DNA from: an uncultured Spirochaetota bacterium
GTDB lineage: Bacteria > Spirochaetota > Spirochaetia > SZUA-6 > Fen-1364
Reading direction: 5' to 3'
Length of the DNA: 10,107 nt
Assembly: GCA_963745235.1 (NCBI GenBank)
Contig: CAVUXE010000050.1
Coordinates: forward strand, 1 to 10,107
In this document: in pieces, positions 1 to 6,658 of the stretch
Position numbering within the stretch: the first letter of the stretch is position 1
How the letters are laid out: each line of letters starts with the position of its first letter
Translations under genes and position numbers: made by a program
Notes under the pieces: generated by a model
Seen by the model: only the letters and a program-made list of their open reading frames with translations
The model's database searches: none
Told to the model about the DNA's origin: nothing

Positions 1-424
1 CGACCAGGAATGGCATGGAAACGACCTTACCGTTATCACTGATGTCGTTGACGTATTTGGCGGAAGCCAGATCCTTTTCCCAATCCGCTCCCCAGGACTT
101 GGACGCAGTGTCGTTCAGCGAATCGAGAAAGCTCGCGTACCTCGAGATCATGGAGCCGTTGAGCCACAGGGAATCAGGGCCTTCCCCGCCGGCCATCGCG
201 ACCTGCAGTTTCAGGACGTAGTCCGAAGTCTCGCCCCGCCAGTACTCGATCTGGATATTCGGATACTTCTTTTCAAACGCGGCATATACCCTGGGCCACT
301 GCAGGCTCGTGGGCACCGGAGCCCATACGTGAAGCAGGACCTTGTCTTGCCCGAAACCGGCCATAGCCAGGAAGACTCCCGCTAAAAGCATCAGGAACCC
401 AATCTTTCTGCGTTGTGTGACCAT
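1..424 (-). CDS. Sugar ABC transporter substrate-binding protein, partial (runs off the left edge; missing from the ORF track)
   Basis: Manual translation from ATG 424: MVTQRRKIGFLMLLAGVFLAMAGFGQDKVLLHVWAPVPTSLQWPRVYAAFEKKYPNIQIEYWRGETSDYVLKLQVAMAGGEGPDSLWLN..., open to the edge. Basic plus hydrophobic signal peptide with no lipobox Cys. The 'FEKKYPNI.IE' and 'KL.VAMAGG.GPD' segments are typical of carbohydrate-binding SBPs. Strong SD GGAGGAGGT at 439-431. Confidence 0.92.
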   Translation of the reverse strand, partial: MVTQRRKIGFLMLLAGVFLAMAGFGQDKVLLHVWAPVPTSLQWPRVYAAFEKKYPNIQIEYWRGETSDYVLKLQVAMAGGEGPDSLWLNGSMISRYASFLDSLNDTASKSWGADWEKDLASAKYVNDISDNGKVVSMPFLV

Positions 425-458
425 TCGAAGACCTCCTCCAAGGCATGTCGTTCGATCA

Positions 459-476
459 TGACGTGAATTAACGTCA
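459..476. promoter_or_regulatory. Putative LacI-family operator 1 (TGACGTGAATTAACGTCA)
   Basis: 18-bp palindrome with one mismatched pair. It shares the core CGT(G/T)AATTAACG with the palindrome at 1747-1766 and overlaps the predicted transcription start of the SBP promoter. Confidence 0.75.
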
Positions 477-480
477 ACGA

Positions 481-509
481 AGAGTATATCCACGCTTCCC
501 GTTTGTCAA
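481..509 (-). promoter_or_regulatory. Sigma70-type promoter of the sugar ABC operon
   Basis: On the minus strand: consensus -35 TTGACA (509-504), 17-nt spacer, -10 TACTCT (486-481). An overlapping TATACT gives a 15-nt spacer. Confidence 0.65.
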
Positions 510-533
510 CATGAAAATCTCTTTGGCAGACGG

Positions 534-562
534 AAAAACCCCCCGCTCACAACGGAAGCGGA
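534..562 (-). terminator. Possible intrinsic terminator downstream of the LacI gene
   Basis: The minus strand reads TCCGCT-TCCGTTGTG-AGCGGG-GGG-TTTTT: a short GC stem followed by a T run, between the lacI stop and the next promoter. The stem is weak. Confidence 0.3.
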
Positions 563-622
563 TGAGCTCTGGCACAGGGCGAAACTGCTCTGGGAGGGGC
601 AACGATGCTTTCTATGAGAGGT

Positions 623-1657
623 CTATTGTGCGGCGCCGTATTTCTGAGTCGAGCCACGAATGACGACTTTTGTTGGGACAACCTTTGTCGCCTCCGTGAT
701 CTCCTGGCCGTTTATCATCTTGAGAAGAAGCGCGACGCCCTCCGCGCCCAGTCGACCCGTGTCCTGGACTATGGTCGTCAAAGGCGGTGTCATGATCGAT
801 GCAAAGTCGATGTCGTCGAAGCCGACGAGAGAACAATCCTGTGGTACACGAATCCCTCTTTCGTGAAAGAGGCGTACCACGCCGAGCATCATCTGATCGC
901 TGAACGTAAAGACGGCGCTGAAATCCATCTCTTCGAGGAGTATGCCCTTCATCTCGTTGTAGGCGTTTTCCATTCTCGGCTCACACGAACGGAGCAGGGA
1001 TTCGTCGACTTCGATGCCGTTGTCCTTGAGCGCGGAGCGATATCCCTCAAGCCGTTCCGCGGCGCTGGAAATGTAACTCGGCGCATTGATGAAGAGGATT
1101 CGCTTGTGTCCGAGGCGCGCGAGATGGTTTACCGCCTCATAGGCCCCGCCGCAGTCGTCGGCAATGACACAGGGAACCTTATAGCTTGAGAAGTGCCTTC
1201 CCAGCAGCACGAAAGGGGTCTTTTTTGAGAGTAGGAAGGCGATATCCTCGTCGTTTGATTGCGTCGGTATCAGCAGGATGCCGTCGATTTTCCTTTCGAC
1301 GAGCAGGGCGATGGCGTTTCTCTCTCGTTCATAGTCCTCGTCGGTATTGCACAGAATCAGGGCGTATCCGCTGTTCTGCAGTGTTCGTTCGACGCTTCTG
1401 ACGACCTTGGCAAAGAAAGGGTTCGAGTTGTCCGCGATCACGAGCCCGACGACGTTCGTCTTGTGACTGGGCCAGCCCTTCGGGATGATTTCGTATTCGT
1501 AGCCCAGCTTTTTTGCCGTTTTGTAGACCTGCTCCTTTGTCGCCAGGCTGATGTCGGGCTTGTTCGCGATAGCTTTCGACACCGTGTTGATGGAGACACC
1601 GAGTGTCGAAGCGATGTCCTTCATTGTGACCTTGCGAGGCCTCTTGTTGGATGCCAT
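623..1657 (-). CDS. LacI/GalR-family transcriptional regulator
   Basis: N-terminal HTH 'VTMKDIASTLGVSINTVSKAI', and sugar-binding core motifs 'NPFF', 'IDGILL', 'GHKRI', 'VPQDCSLVGFDD', 'PPLTTI', 'IRGS'. SD GGAG at 1670-1667. Start is ATG 1657 (alternative TTG 1660). Confidence 0.96.
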   Translation of the reverse strand: MASNKRPRKVTMKDIASTLGVSINTVSKAIANKPDISLATKEQVYKTAKKLGYEYEIIPKGWPSHKTNVVGLVIADNSNPFFAKVVRSVERTLQNSGYALILCNTDEDYERERNAIALLVERKIDGILLIPTQSNDEDIAFLLSKKTPFVLLGRHFSSYKVPCVIADDCGGAYEAVNHLARLGHKRILFINAPSYISSAAERLEGYRSALKDNGIEVDESLLRSCEPRMENAYNEMKGILLEEMDFSAVFTFSDQMMLGVVRLFHERGIRVPQDCSLVGFDDIDFASIMTPPLTTIVQDTGRLGAEGVALLLKMINGQEITEATKVVPTKVVIRGSTQKYGAAQ

Positions 1658-1717
1658 CAATAGCTACTCCGAAGAAATCCTTATCACATTTCGCTCACGG
1701 CGCCAAGCAACCTTGAC

Positions 1718-1747
1718 TTGACCGTTGTGGACCCGTGTGACTATAGT
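1718..1747 (+). promoter_or_regulatory. Sigma70-type promoter of the isomerase gene
   Basis: -35 TTGACC (1718-1723), 18-nt spacer, -10 TATAGT (1742-1747), immediately followed by the operator palindrome. Confidence 0.6.
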
Positions 1748-1766
1748 TGCCGTTAATTAACGGTAA
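1747..1766. promoter_or_regulatory. Putative LacI-family operator 2 (TTGCCGTTAATTAACGGTAA)
   Basis: Perfect 14-bp palindrome CCGTTAATTAACGG (1750-1763), extendable to 20 bp with one mismatched pair. It lies in the lacI/isomerase divergent gap over the predicted transcription start and has the same core as 459-476. Confidence 0.78.
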
Positions 1767-1781
1767 TCCATGGAGACGAGC

Positions 1782-3179
1782 ATGACAAGTGCGCCGAGAA
1801 TTGGCCTATTGGGGATCACACAAGAGCTCTACGACAACGTCGTCGAAGGAATCACCGACTATCAGCGCAGGTTCGGCAACGAGCTTGTAACCTGGTTCAA
1901 GGATGACCTGACCGTCATCTATCCCGGCCCCGCAAAGAACCGGGCTCAGATAGAGCAGACAATGGCGCAGTTTAACCGGGAGAATCTGGATGGGATCATG
2001 ATTGTCATGCTGACGTATGCGCCGTCTCTTTGGGGCATCAACGCTTTCAAAAACAATGCCCTGCCGCTTCTCCTTGCCAATCTCCAACCCGAACGGACTG
2101 TTTCGGCTCAGTGGGACATGAAGAGCCTGACCTACAACCAGGGCATCCATGGCATCCAGGATCTTGCAAACTGCCTCTACAAGCTCGGGATCAAACCGCC
2201 AGTAATCACCGGCGACTGGAAATCCCCCTCATTTCGAATGCAGTTGATCGACTGGTCATGCGCCGCCAGGACGGCCTGCAAGATGCGGACAAGCCGGATT
2301 GCCACCTTCGGCCAGATGCCCGGAATGGGCGACATCACCGCCGACCCGAACGACATCATGCGAGTCCTCGGTCCGCAGGTAGATCACGTCCAGGCAGGTG
2401 CCGTCCAGGATCTCATGGGCAAGATGAGCGCGTCCGCGGTGGAGAAGGCGGTGCAGCGCGACCACCAGAACTTCGAGGTGGCCGCAGATCTCCCGCGCGA
2501 AAGCCATGAATATGCCGCGAGGCTGTACCTCGGCCTGAAGGAGTTCCTGACCTCCCGGCGCTACGACGGTTTCTGCGTTCACTTCGATGCTCTCGGAGAG
2601 GACGGGCGTTTCAAGCAGATCCATATGCTCGCGGCGTCAAACCTCATGGCCGAAGGCTTCGGTTATGCCGCGGAAGGCGACGTGCTTTGCGCCAGTCTCA
2701 TGGTTGCCGGTCAATCGATTGCCGGGAACGCGCACTTCACGGAGATGTACGCCCTGGACTACCAGCGAAACGCATTTCTCATGAGCCATATGGGCGAAGG
2801 CAACTGGAAGATCTCTCGGCGGGACCGGAAGCCGAAACTCATCAAGCGTGAGCTCCGTATCGGCGGACTGGATGACCCCCCCACGGTGCTCTTCAGCGCC
2901 GAGCCGGGCGAGGCGACTCTCGTGTCGCTCGCCAACCTCGGGTCCGGCCGTTTCCGGATAGTGGCGATGGAGGGCGTGATCCTTGACGAGGGGGAGCTTC
3001 CGAAGATCGAGATGCCCTACTTCTTTCTGCGCCCGAAAAGCAGAACTGTTGAGGAAACGGCAACGCTCTGGCTGGAGAGCGCCGGCACACACCACCAGGT
3101 GCTGATCCTGGGAAACAAGATCGCTCGCTGGAGCACTTTCTGCCGCTTGCTGGGGATAGAGTTTGTCGATGTGACATGA
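1782..3179 (+). CDS. L-arabinose isomerase-like protein (L-fucose/L-arabinose isomerase superfamily)
   Basis: AraA-like motifs in the expected order: 'YNQGIHG', 'GFGYAAEGD', 'FTEMY', 'SHMGEG', 'GTHH', supplying the Glu/Glu/His/His metal ligands. SD GGAG (1772-1775) favours ATG 1782 (465 aa) over ATG 1770. Confidence 0.88.
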   Translation: MTSAPRIGLLGITQELYDNVVEGITDYQRRFGNELVTWFKDDLTVIYPGPAKNRAQIEQTMAQFNRENLDGIMIVMLTYAPSLWGINAFKNNALPLLLANLQPERTVSAQWDMKSLTYNQGIHGIQDLANCLYKLGIKPPVITGDWKSPSFRMQLIDWSCAARTACKMRTSRIATFGQMPGMGDITADPNDIMRVLGPQVDHVQAGAVQDLMGKMSASAVEKAVQRDHQNFEVAADLPRESHEYAARLYLGLKEFLTSRRYDGFCVHFDALGEDGRFKQIHMLAASNLMAEGFGYAAEGDVLCASLMVAGQSIAGNAHFTEMYALDYQRNAFLMSHMGEGNWKISRRDRKPKLIKRELRIGGLDDPPTVLFSAEPGEATLVSLANLGSGRFRIVAMEGVILDEGELPKIEMPYFFLRPKSRTVEETATLWLESAGTHHQVLILGNKIARWSTFCRLLGIEFVDVT

Positions 3180-3182
3180 AGC

Positions 3183-3315
3183 AAAGACAACTCCTTCAAG
3201 GATTCCCTTCAGTACGTGTCCCCTCGTTGTTTCCACCTTGAGACCCGCGATGAGGCCGGATGAATATCGCTGCCTTCCAACCGCTTGTTCCAACGTCAAT
3301 TCTCAGGAAGCTCAT
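3183..3315 (-). pseudogene. Internally deleted FGGY-family carbohydrate kinase (xylulokinase-like) remnant
   Basis: ATG 3315 gives MSFLRIDVGTSGWKAAIF, a degraded phosphate-1 motif GIDxGTsxxKa. It is joined out of frame at about 3260 to SSGLIAGLKVETTRGHVLKGILEGVVF, the FGGY C-domain 'G.i.GL...T.r..i.+.ilEG..f' motif. Confidence 0.8.
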
Positions 3316-3465
3316 AGATATAGAACCTGTGAGTGCGACGCTGTCGTCAAGAGTTGATCCTGGGGCTGCAGATCTCCCGTGAAGCTCGCTCCGGCCCACG
3401 CTCCAGGGAAAGCTCGGGGCTGCCCGCGGACCTTGGGGGTTGTGGATAGGCAAAGATGTCTCCCC

Positions 3466-3657
3466 AGCAATGGTCGCTCCGTCGCGCAGGGCTCCCTGGC
3501 GTGGATATGGGCCAGGAGCAACAGCACAATGCCGATACCCGGCTTTCGCAACGAAAAGCAAGTCATTGAAAACGTAAAAGCGATGGAGCTCGGGCCCCTG
3601 GAACGGCCGCAGATGACAGAAATTGAAGGCATCCTGTCATCGCTGCGACCGTCGTGA
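3466..3657 (+). pseudogene. C-terminal fragment of an aldo/keto reductase
   Basis: SNGRSVAQGSLAWIWARSNSTMPIPGFRNEKQVIENVKAMELGPLERPQMTEIEGIL* matches the AKR C-terminal pattern 'G.s.AQ.aLAW......PIPG.+...qv.EN..A....L....m.eI'. The upstream part of ORF 3379 shows no AKR character. Confidence 0.82.
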
Positions 3658-3687
3658 CGGGGGGCGGACCGTCAATTCATTCATCGC

Positions 3688-5484
3688 TCAATTCCCGGGC
3701 TGCTTCAGGATGGTCGTATCCTTTGGGGACGGAGCAGTCGCCTTTCGCGCGGGAGGCTGCGCGCCAGTCCCCGAGCGCCCTGCCGCAGGTGCGGCCTGCT
3801 GTCGAGGAGGCGGCTGGACGGGAGCCGTGACATGCCCGGGGGGTGTGGGACGCGCGGTGGCCGCCGCAGTCGTCTTTCGCACGGGAGGCTGTGCCACAGT
3901 CCCTGTGTGCCCTGCCGCGGGTGGGGTCTGCTGTCGAGGCATGGTGCTCAAAGACTGGCCTCCCTTTGCCTGCGCCTGAGGTGAGGCGGAAGCTTGTCCG
4001 ACAGCCTTCTTCGGGGTCAGGACAGTGACTTGCGGACGAACACCCTGAGAAGGTCGGTTCAGGTTGGACAACGTTGCCGCGTCAAGAGGCTGGCCGGGAT
4101 GAGCGGCAAAGGCCTGCTGACGCGCCGCGAACGGGACCGCCTGCGGCGGCGGATTCAGCCTGGCCACCACTGGCCGAGACAGCACAGAAGCAGGAGGCTG
4201 GGCAACTCTGCCGCCTGCGTTTCCAGCATTACCAAACAGACTCTGTTTCTGGGGGGCGAGCGGCGACACGGCTCCACGTACCGGAGCTCTCCCGAGATCA
4301 TCGGCTTGCACCCTGAGCGCAGCTCTCCCTGTCGGCTGGCCGTGCACAAAGGCGTCGTTCGACACAACGGTCATCGCACCAGGAACAGCCCGGTTGACGT
4401 AGGTAAAATGCTGGACATCGATATTGTGCATTCGTGTCTTATCGCTGCGGTACGGGGCGACATAGGGCTCATGCGGACCAAGAGGAAACCAGCCAACGGA
4501 GTCGCCCGGGGCCTGGTTGGGGCGCCAACCAGCGCCTCCAACGAATGTCACGAGCGCGGGCGAATAGACCAGGCGGCTCACGTGAGCCCCCGGCACCCAC
4601 ACCCAGGCGTTGCTGCGATATGCCCAGCGGCCATAGTGGAAAGGCGCAAAACCCCACGGGGCGTCGTCCACCCAGGTCCAGCCCCAGGGATCAACCCAGG
4701 CCCAGTGCCCGAAGCGGTACGGCGCCCAGCCTGCAACTGTCACCGTCGGCGCCCAGACGGGCCCCAGTGTCGGGTCGACTGTCCAGCTTCCATTCTGGTC
4801 GAGGTCTTCGACCCCATCGAGGTCCCGAGGCACGTACTGGGCTGAAGCGACGTGGTCCTCCTTCTGATCTCGTGCCTGGCACCACAGGTCCCAGTCGTCC
4901 AAGGGCGGCGCGCTCGTTATCTGATAGGTGGGAGAGTCGAGACCCGTGATGGCGGCTCTCTGCTGGAGGGACACGGGGAACACAGAGGTACCCGCGGTCA
5001 CTTCGACTTCGCCAGCGCGCACCGAGACGGCTGTGTCTCCGCTTTGCTGAACATCTATCCGATAGGTGCCCGCACGAAGAAGGGAAAGGCTTGCGTTGGG
5101 GGTGTCGACCTCTATCTGCTCGGTCGCGCCCAATTGACGAAGTCGCAGATCCAGTGACCCGGTCGAGAGACGTATCTGGATTGTCTGGTCATCCAGGTTC
5201 AGGAATGAAATGTCCGTATTCGCGGCAAGTCGAATAGCCGTGGAGCCTACATGGACCTCAGCCTGCCCGTTCTGGTCGGTCCATAGATTGTCCCCAATGG
5301 TCATGGGATAATTGAGGGTCGCCGGGGCCCAATCCTCGACGCTCTCCGGGTGATAGGAGACTGCCCCGCTTATGAAGTTCAAACGGCCGACGCGATTGGG
5401 AGGGTCGCCCCAAAGCGCGGAGACGCCGGCAAGCGTCCAGACGCAGAAAGCAACTGTGCAAAGCCTGATCGTGTTTGGCTTCAT
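3688..5484 (-). CDS. Secreted FecR-domain / DUF6600-type protein with a Pro/Ala/Gln-rich C-terminal tail
   Basis: SD GAGGT precedes ATG 5484 (598 aa). Signal peptide MKPNTIRLCTVAFCVWTLAGVSALWG, then 'DPPNRVGRLNFISGAVS'. FecR-like beta region ('GDNLWTDQNGQAEV', 'EVDTPNAS....RAGTYRIDV') and a Trp-rich block 'GWAPYRFGHWAWVDPWGWTWVDDAPWGFAPFHYGRW'. Confidence 0.88.
   Translation of the reverse strand: MKPNTIRLCTVAFCVWTLAGVSALWGDPPNRVGRLNFISGAVSYHPESVEDWAPATLNYPMTIGDNLWTDQNGQAEVHVGSTAIRLAANTDISFLNLDDQTIQIRLSTGSLDLRLRQLGATEQIEVDTPNASLSLLRAGTYRIDVQQSGDTAVSVRAGEVEVTAGTSVFPVSLQQRAAITGLDSPTYQITSAPPLDDWDLWCQARDQKEDHVASAQYVPRDLDGVEDLDQNGSWTVDPTLGPVWAPTVTVAGWAPYRFGHWAWVDPWGWTWVDDAPWGFAPFHYGRWAYRSNAWVWVPGAHVSRLVYSPALVTFVGGAGWRPNQAPGDSVGWFPLGPHEPYVAPYRSDKTRMHNIDVQHFTYVNRAVPGAMTVVSNDAFVHGQPTGRAALRVQADDLGRAPVRGAVSPLAPQKQSLFGNAGNAGGRVAQPPASVLSRPVVARLNPPPQAVPFAARQQAFAAHPGQPLDAATLSNLNRPSQGVRPQVTVLTPKKAVGQASASPQAQAKGGQSLSTMPRQQTPPAAGHTGTVAQPPVRKTTAAATARPTPPGHVTAPVQPPPRQQAAPAAGRSGTGAQPPARKATAPSPKDTTILKQPGN
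3734..3939. repeat. Intragenic direct repeat, two 74-bp copies (3734-3807 and 3866-3939)
   Basis: Manual alignment gives 63/74 identical, offset 132 nt (in frame). The copies encode PRQQTPPAAGHTGTVAQPPVRKTTA and PRQQAAPAAGRSGTGAQPPARKATA. Confidence 0.9.
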
Positions 5485-5624
5485 GGTGCTTACCTCTGTG
5501 CTCATCATAGTACCCTTGGCTTTCAATAACCATAGATGGGGGGTTACGGGGGTATAATTCTCAGTTATTTGAGGGAAACAGCATTGGACAGGGAGCTTTG
5601 AGACAGGCTGCCTGTCCGCTCCTC

Positions 5625-5666
5625 CTCCCCCGGACGGACTCGAACCAGCGACCGGGTCGTTAACAG
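5625..5666 (-). pseudogene. tRNA-Asn(GTT) 3'-half fragment, att-like site (copy A)
   Basis: The minus strand reads CTGTTAA (anticodon loop) CGACC CGGTC GCTGG TTCGAGT CCGTC CGGGGGA G, i.e. the tRNA layout from anticodon loop to discriminator. The T stem has two mismatches, there is no CCA, and the upstream sequence does not pair to form the anticodon or acceptor stem. Confidence 0.75.
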
Positions 5667-5814
5667 TGCTGTCGGTGCAACTGATCGAAGGCTCAATCCG
5701 TTTCTTGTGGCCCAGGAGAATGAACCAGCAAAACTGTGACACCACTCATGTGCCGATGCGTGTCCACTTCGCGCTCGTGGCTTTCCTAATCCGCGGTCGG
5801 TGATCCGCCGGTTC

Positions 5815-6152
5815 TCACGGTTTCCCAAGAAGCAACTTCAGCGAGCGGTGAAGCTCTGGGATCTCTTCCGTCACAGTTTTCCAGACAACATCCGAATCGA
5901 TGTCGAAGTATCCATGGATCAATCTATTCCGCATTCCGATAATCGATATCCAAGGAATCCCCGGCGAAGTCGCCTTTGTCGCGTCAGCTACTTTGCTGGC
6001 CGCCTCTCCTATCACCTCGATCGCCCGCACGATGGCGAAGAGAAGCATCCGATCCGTATCAAGGTCCTCACGCTTTTTTCCGGTTGCGAATTGCTCGACG
6101 ATTCTGCAGCATCCACCATGTGCAGAATGCGAATACGATCATCACCGCGCAT
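5815..6152 (-). pseudogene. hepT: HepT-like HEPN ribonuclease toxin (DUF86 type), frameshifted
   Basis: ATG 6152 overlaps the MNT stop and gives MRGDDRIRILHMVDAAE. One base is missing at about 6100, and the next frame continues VEQFATGKKREDLDTDRMLLFAIVRAIEVIGEAASKV...IPWISIIGMRNRLIHGYFDID, with the R-X4-H-X-Y motif. The repaired protein is 112 aa. Confidence 0.88.
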
Positions 6153-6444
6153 ACTGGACTTGAGCGGATCGAATCACTTCATCCCTGAAATAGCGGCTCA
6201 GGTCGTTTGGGGTTCGCAAGTCAACGGTCCGCCCACCGAGAATAGTTGACAACTCATGTTCCATATCAGCCAGACCAAGGAGGCCTGGCTCCTTCCCACG
6301 GTCGAACTCCACGAGAAGGTCAATGTCACTTTCCGGATTGGCATGACCCTTAAGCTGAGATCCGAACAGCGAGAGGCGTCGGATACCATGCTTCTGGCAG
6401 AATGCTCCCAGGGGGGCTTTTTTGCTCTCGAGAAATCTGTTCAC
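6142..6444 (-). CDS. mntA: Minimal nucleotidyltransferase (MNT) antitoxin
   Basis: 100 aa, GTG start. 'LSLFGSQLKGHANPESDIDLLVEF' carries the GS-X10-DXD motif, followed by 'GRTVDLRT'. It lies directly upstream of, and overlaps, the HEPN gene. Confidence 0.93.
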   Translation of the reverse strand: MNRFLESKKAPLGAFCQKHGIRRLSLFGSQLKGHANPESDIDLLVEFDRGKEPGLLGLADMEHELSTILGGRTVDLRTPNDLSRYFRDEVIRSAQVQYAR

Positions 6445-6507
6445 CTTCGGTTCTCTATCCTCACTGCTGCGTGCACTCTCAGGCGTGGTTCCTGCCTCAG
6501 ACTATCA

Positions 6508-6642
6508 GAAATCCGGCGGCTCTGGAAGCTTGCGCAGTCCGTTGGGAGGAACGGTCAAAGAGGCCCGGAGGGGAACTGCCCGGCCTTCAAGCCTCCCTTC
6601 GACATCATCCACAGGATCGCCCAGAAAGCAAAACAGGCAGCC
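6508..6642 (+). pseudogene. Possible degraded C-terminal tail of a large serine recombinase
   Basis: Across frames: EIRRLWKLAQS ... GGEL/PAFKPPFDIIHRIAQKAKQAA. This resembles, from recall, the 'EKRrLl..v.SN....G.L...f+.PFD.l' tail of tRNA-associated serine recombinases, and it abuts a tRNA fragment. Confidence 0.4.
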
Positions 6643-6658
6643 AGCGACCTGCCGACTG

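Noticed and set aside
605-1663. Plus-strand ORFs 605..1189 and 1259..1663
   Set aside because: Antisense shadows of the LacI gene with no recognisable motifs.
2637-3299. 220-aa minus-strand ORF
   Set aside because: Mostly antisense to the isomerase. Only the part around 3183-3262 is FGGY kinase remnant.
3649-3674. GACGG/CCGTC hairpins between convergent stops as a terminator
   Set aside because: The stems are only 5-6 bp and there is no convincing U tract on either strand.
3994-4949. Plus-strand ORFs 3994..4845 and 4434..4949
   Set aside because: Antisense shadows of the GC-rich FecR/DUF6600-type gene.
5553-5558. Perfect TATAAT on the plus strand
   Set aside because: No matching -35 or extended -10 element, and no intact downstream gene on that strand.
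5620-5700. Intact tRNA-Asn gene
   Set aside because: There is no pairing 5' anticodon or acceptor strand, the T stem is mismatched and there is no CCA. Only a fragment is supported.
5485-5745. 87-aa N-terminal extension of the 685-aa ORF 3688..5745
   Set aside because: It runs through the tRNA fragment and intergenic DNA. The SD and signal peptide mark ATG 5484 as the real start.
5815-6048. 77-aa HEPN ORF as a complete gene
   Set aside because: Family-like sequence continues upstream across a frameshift to ATG 6152.
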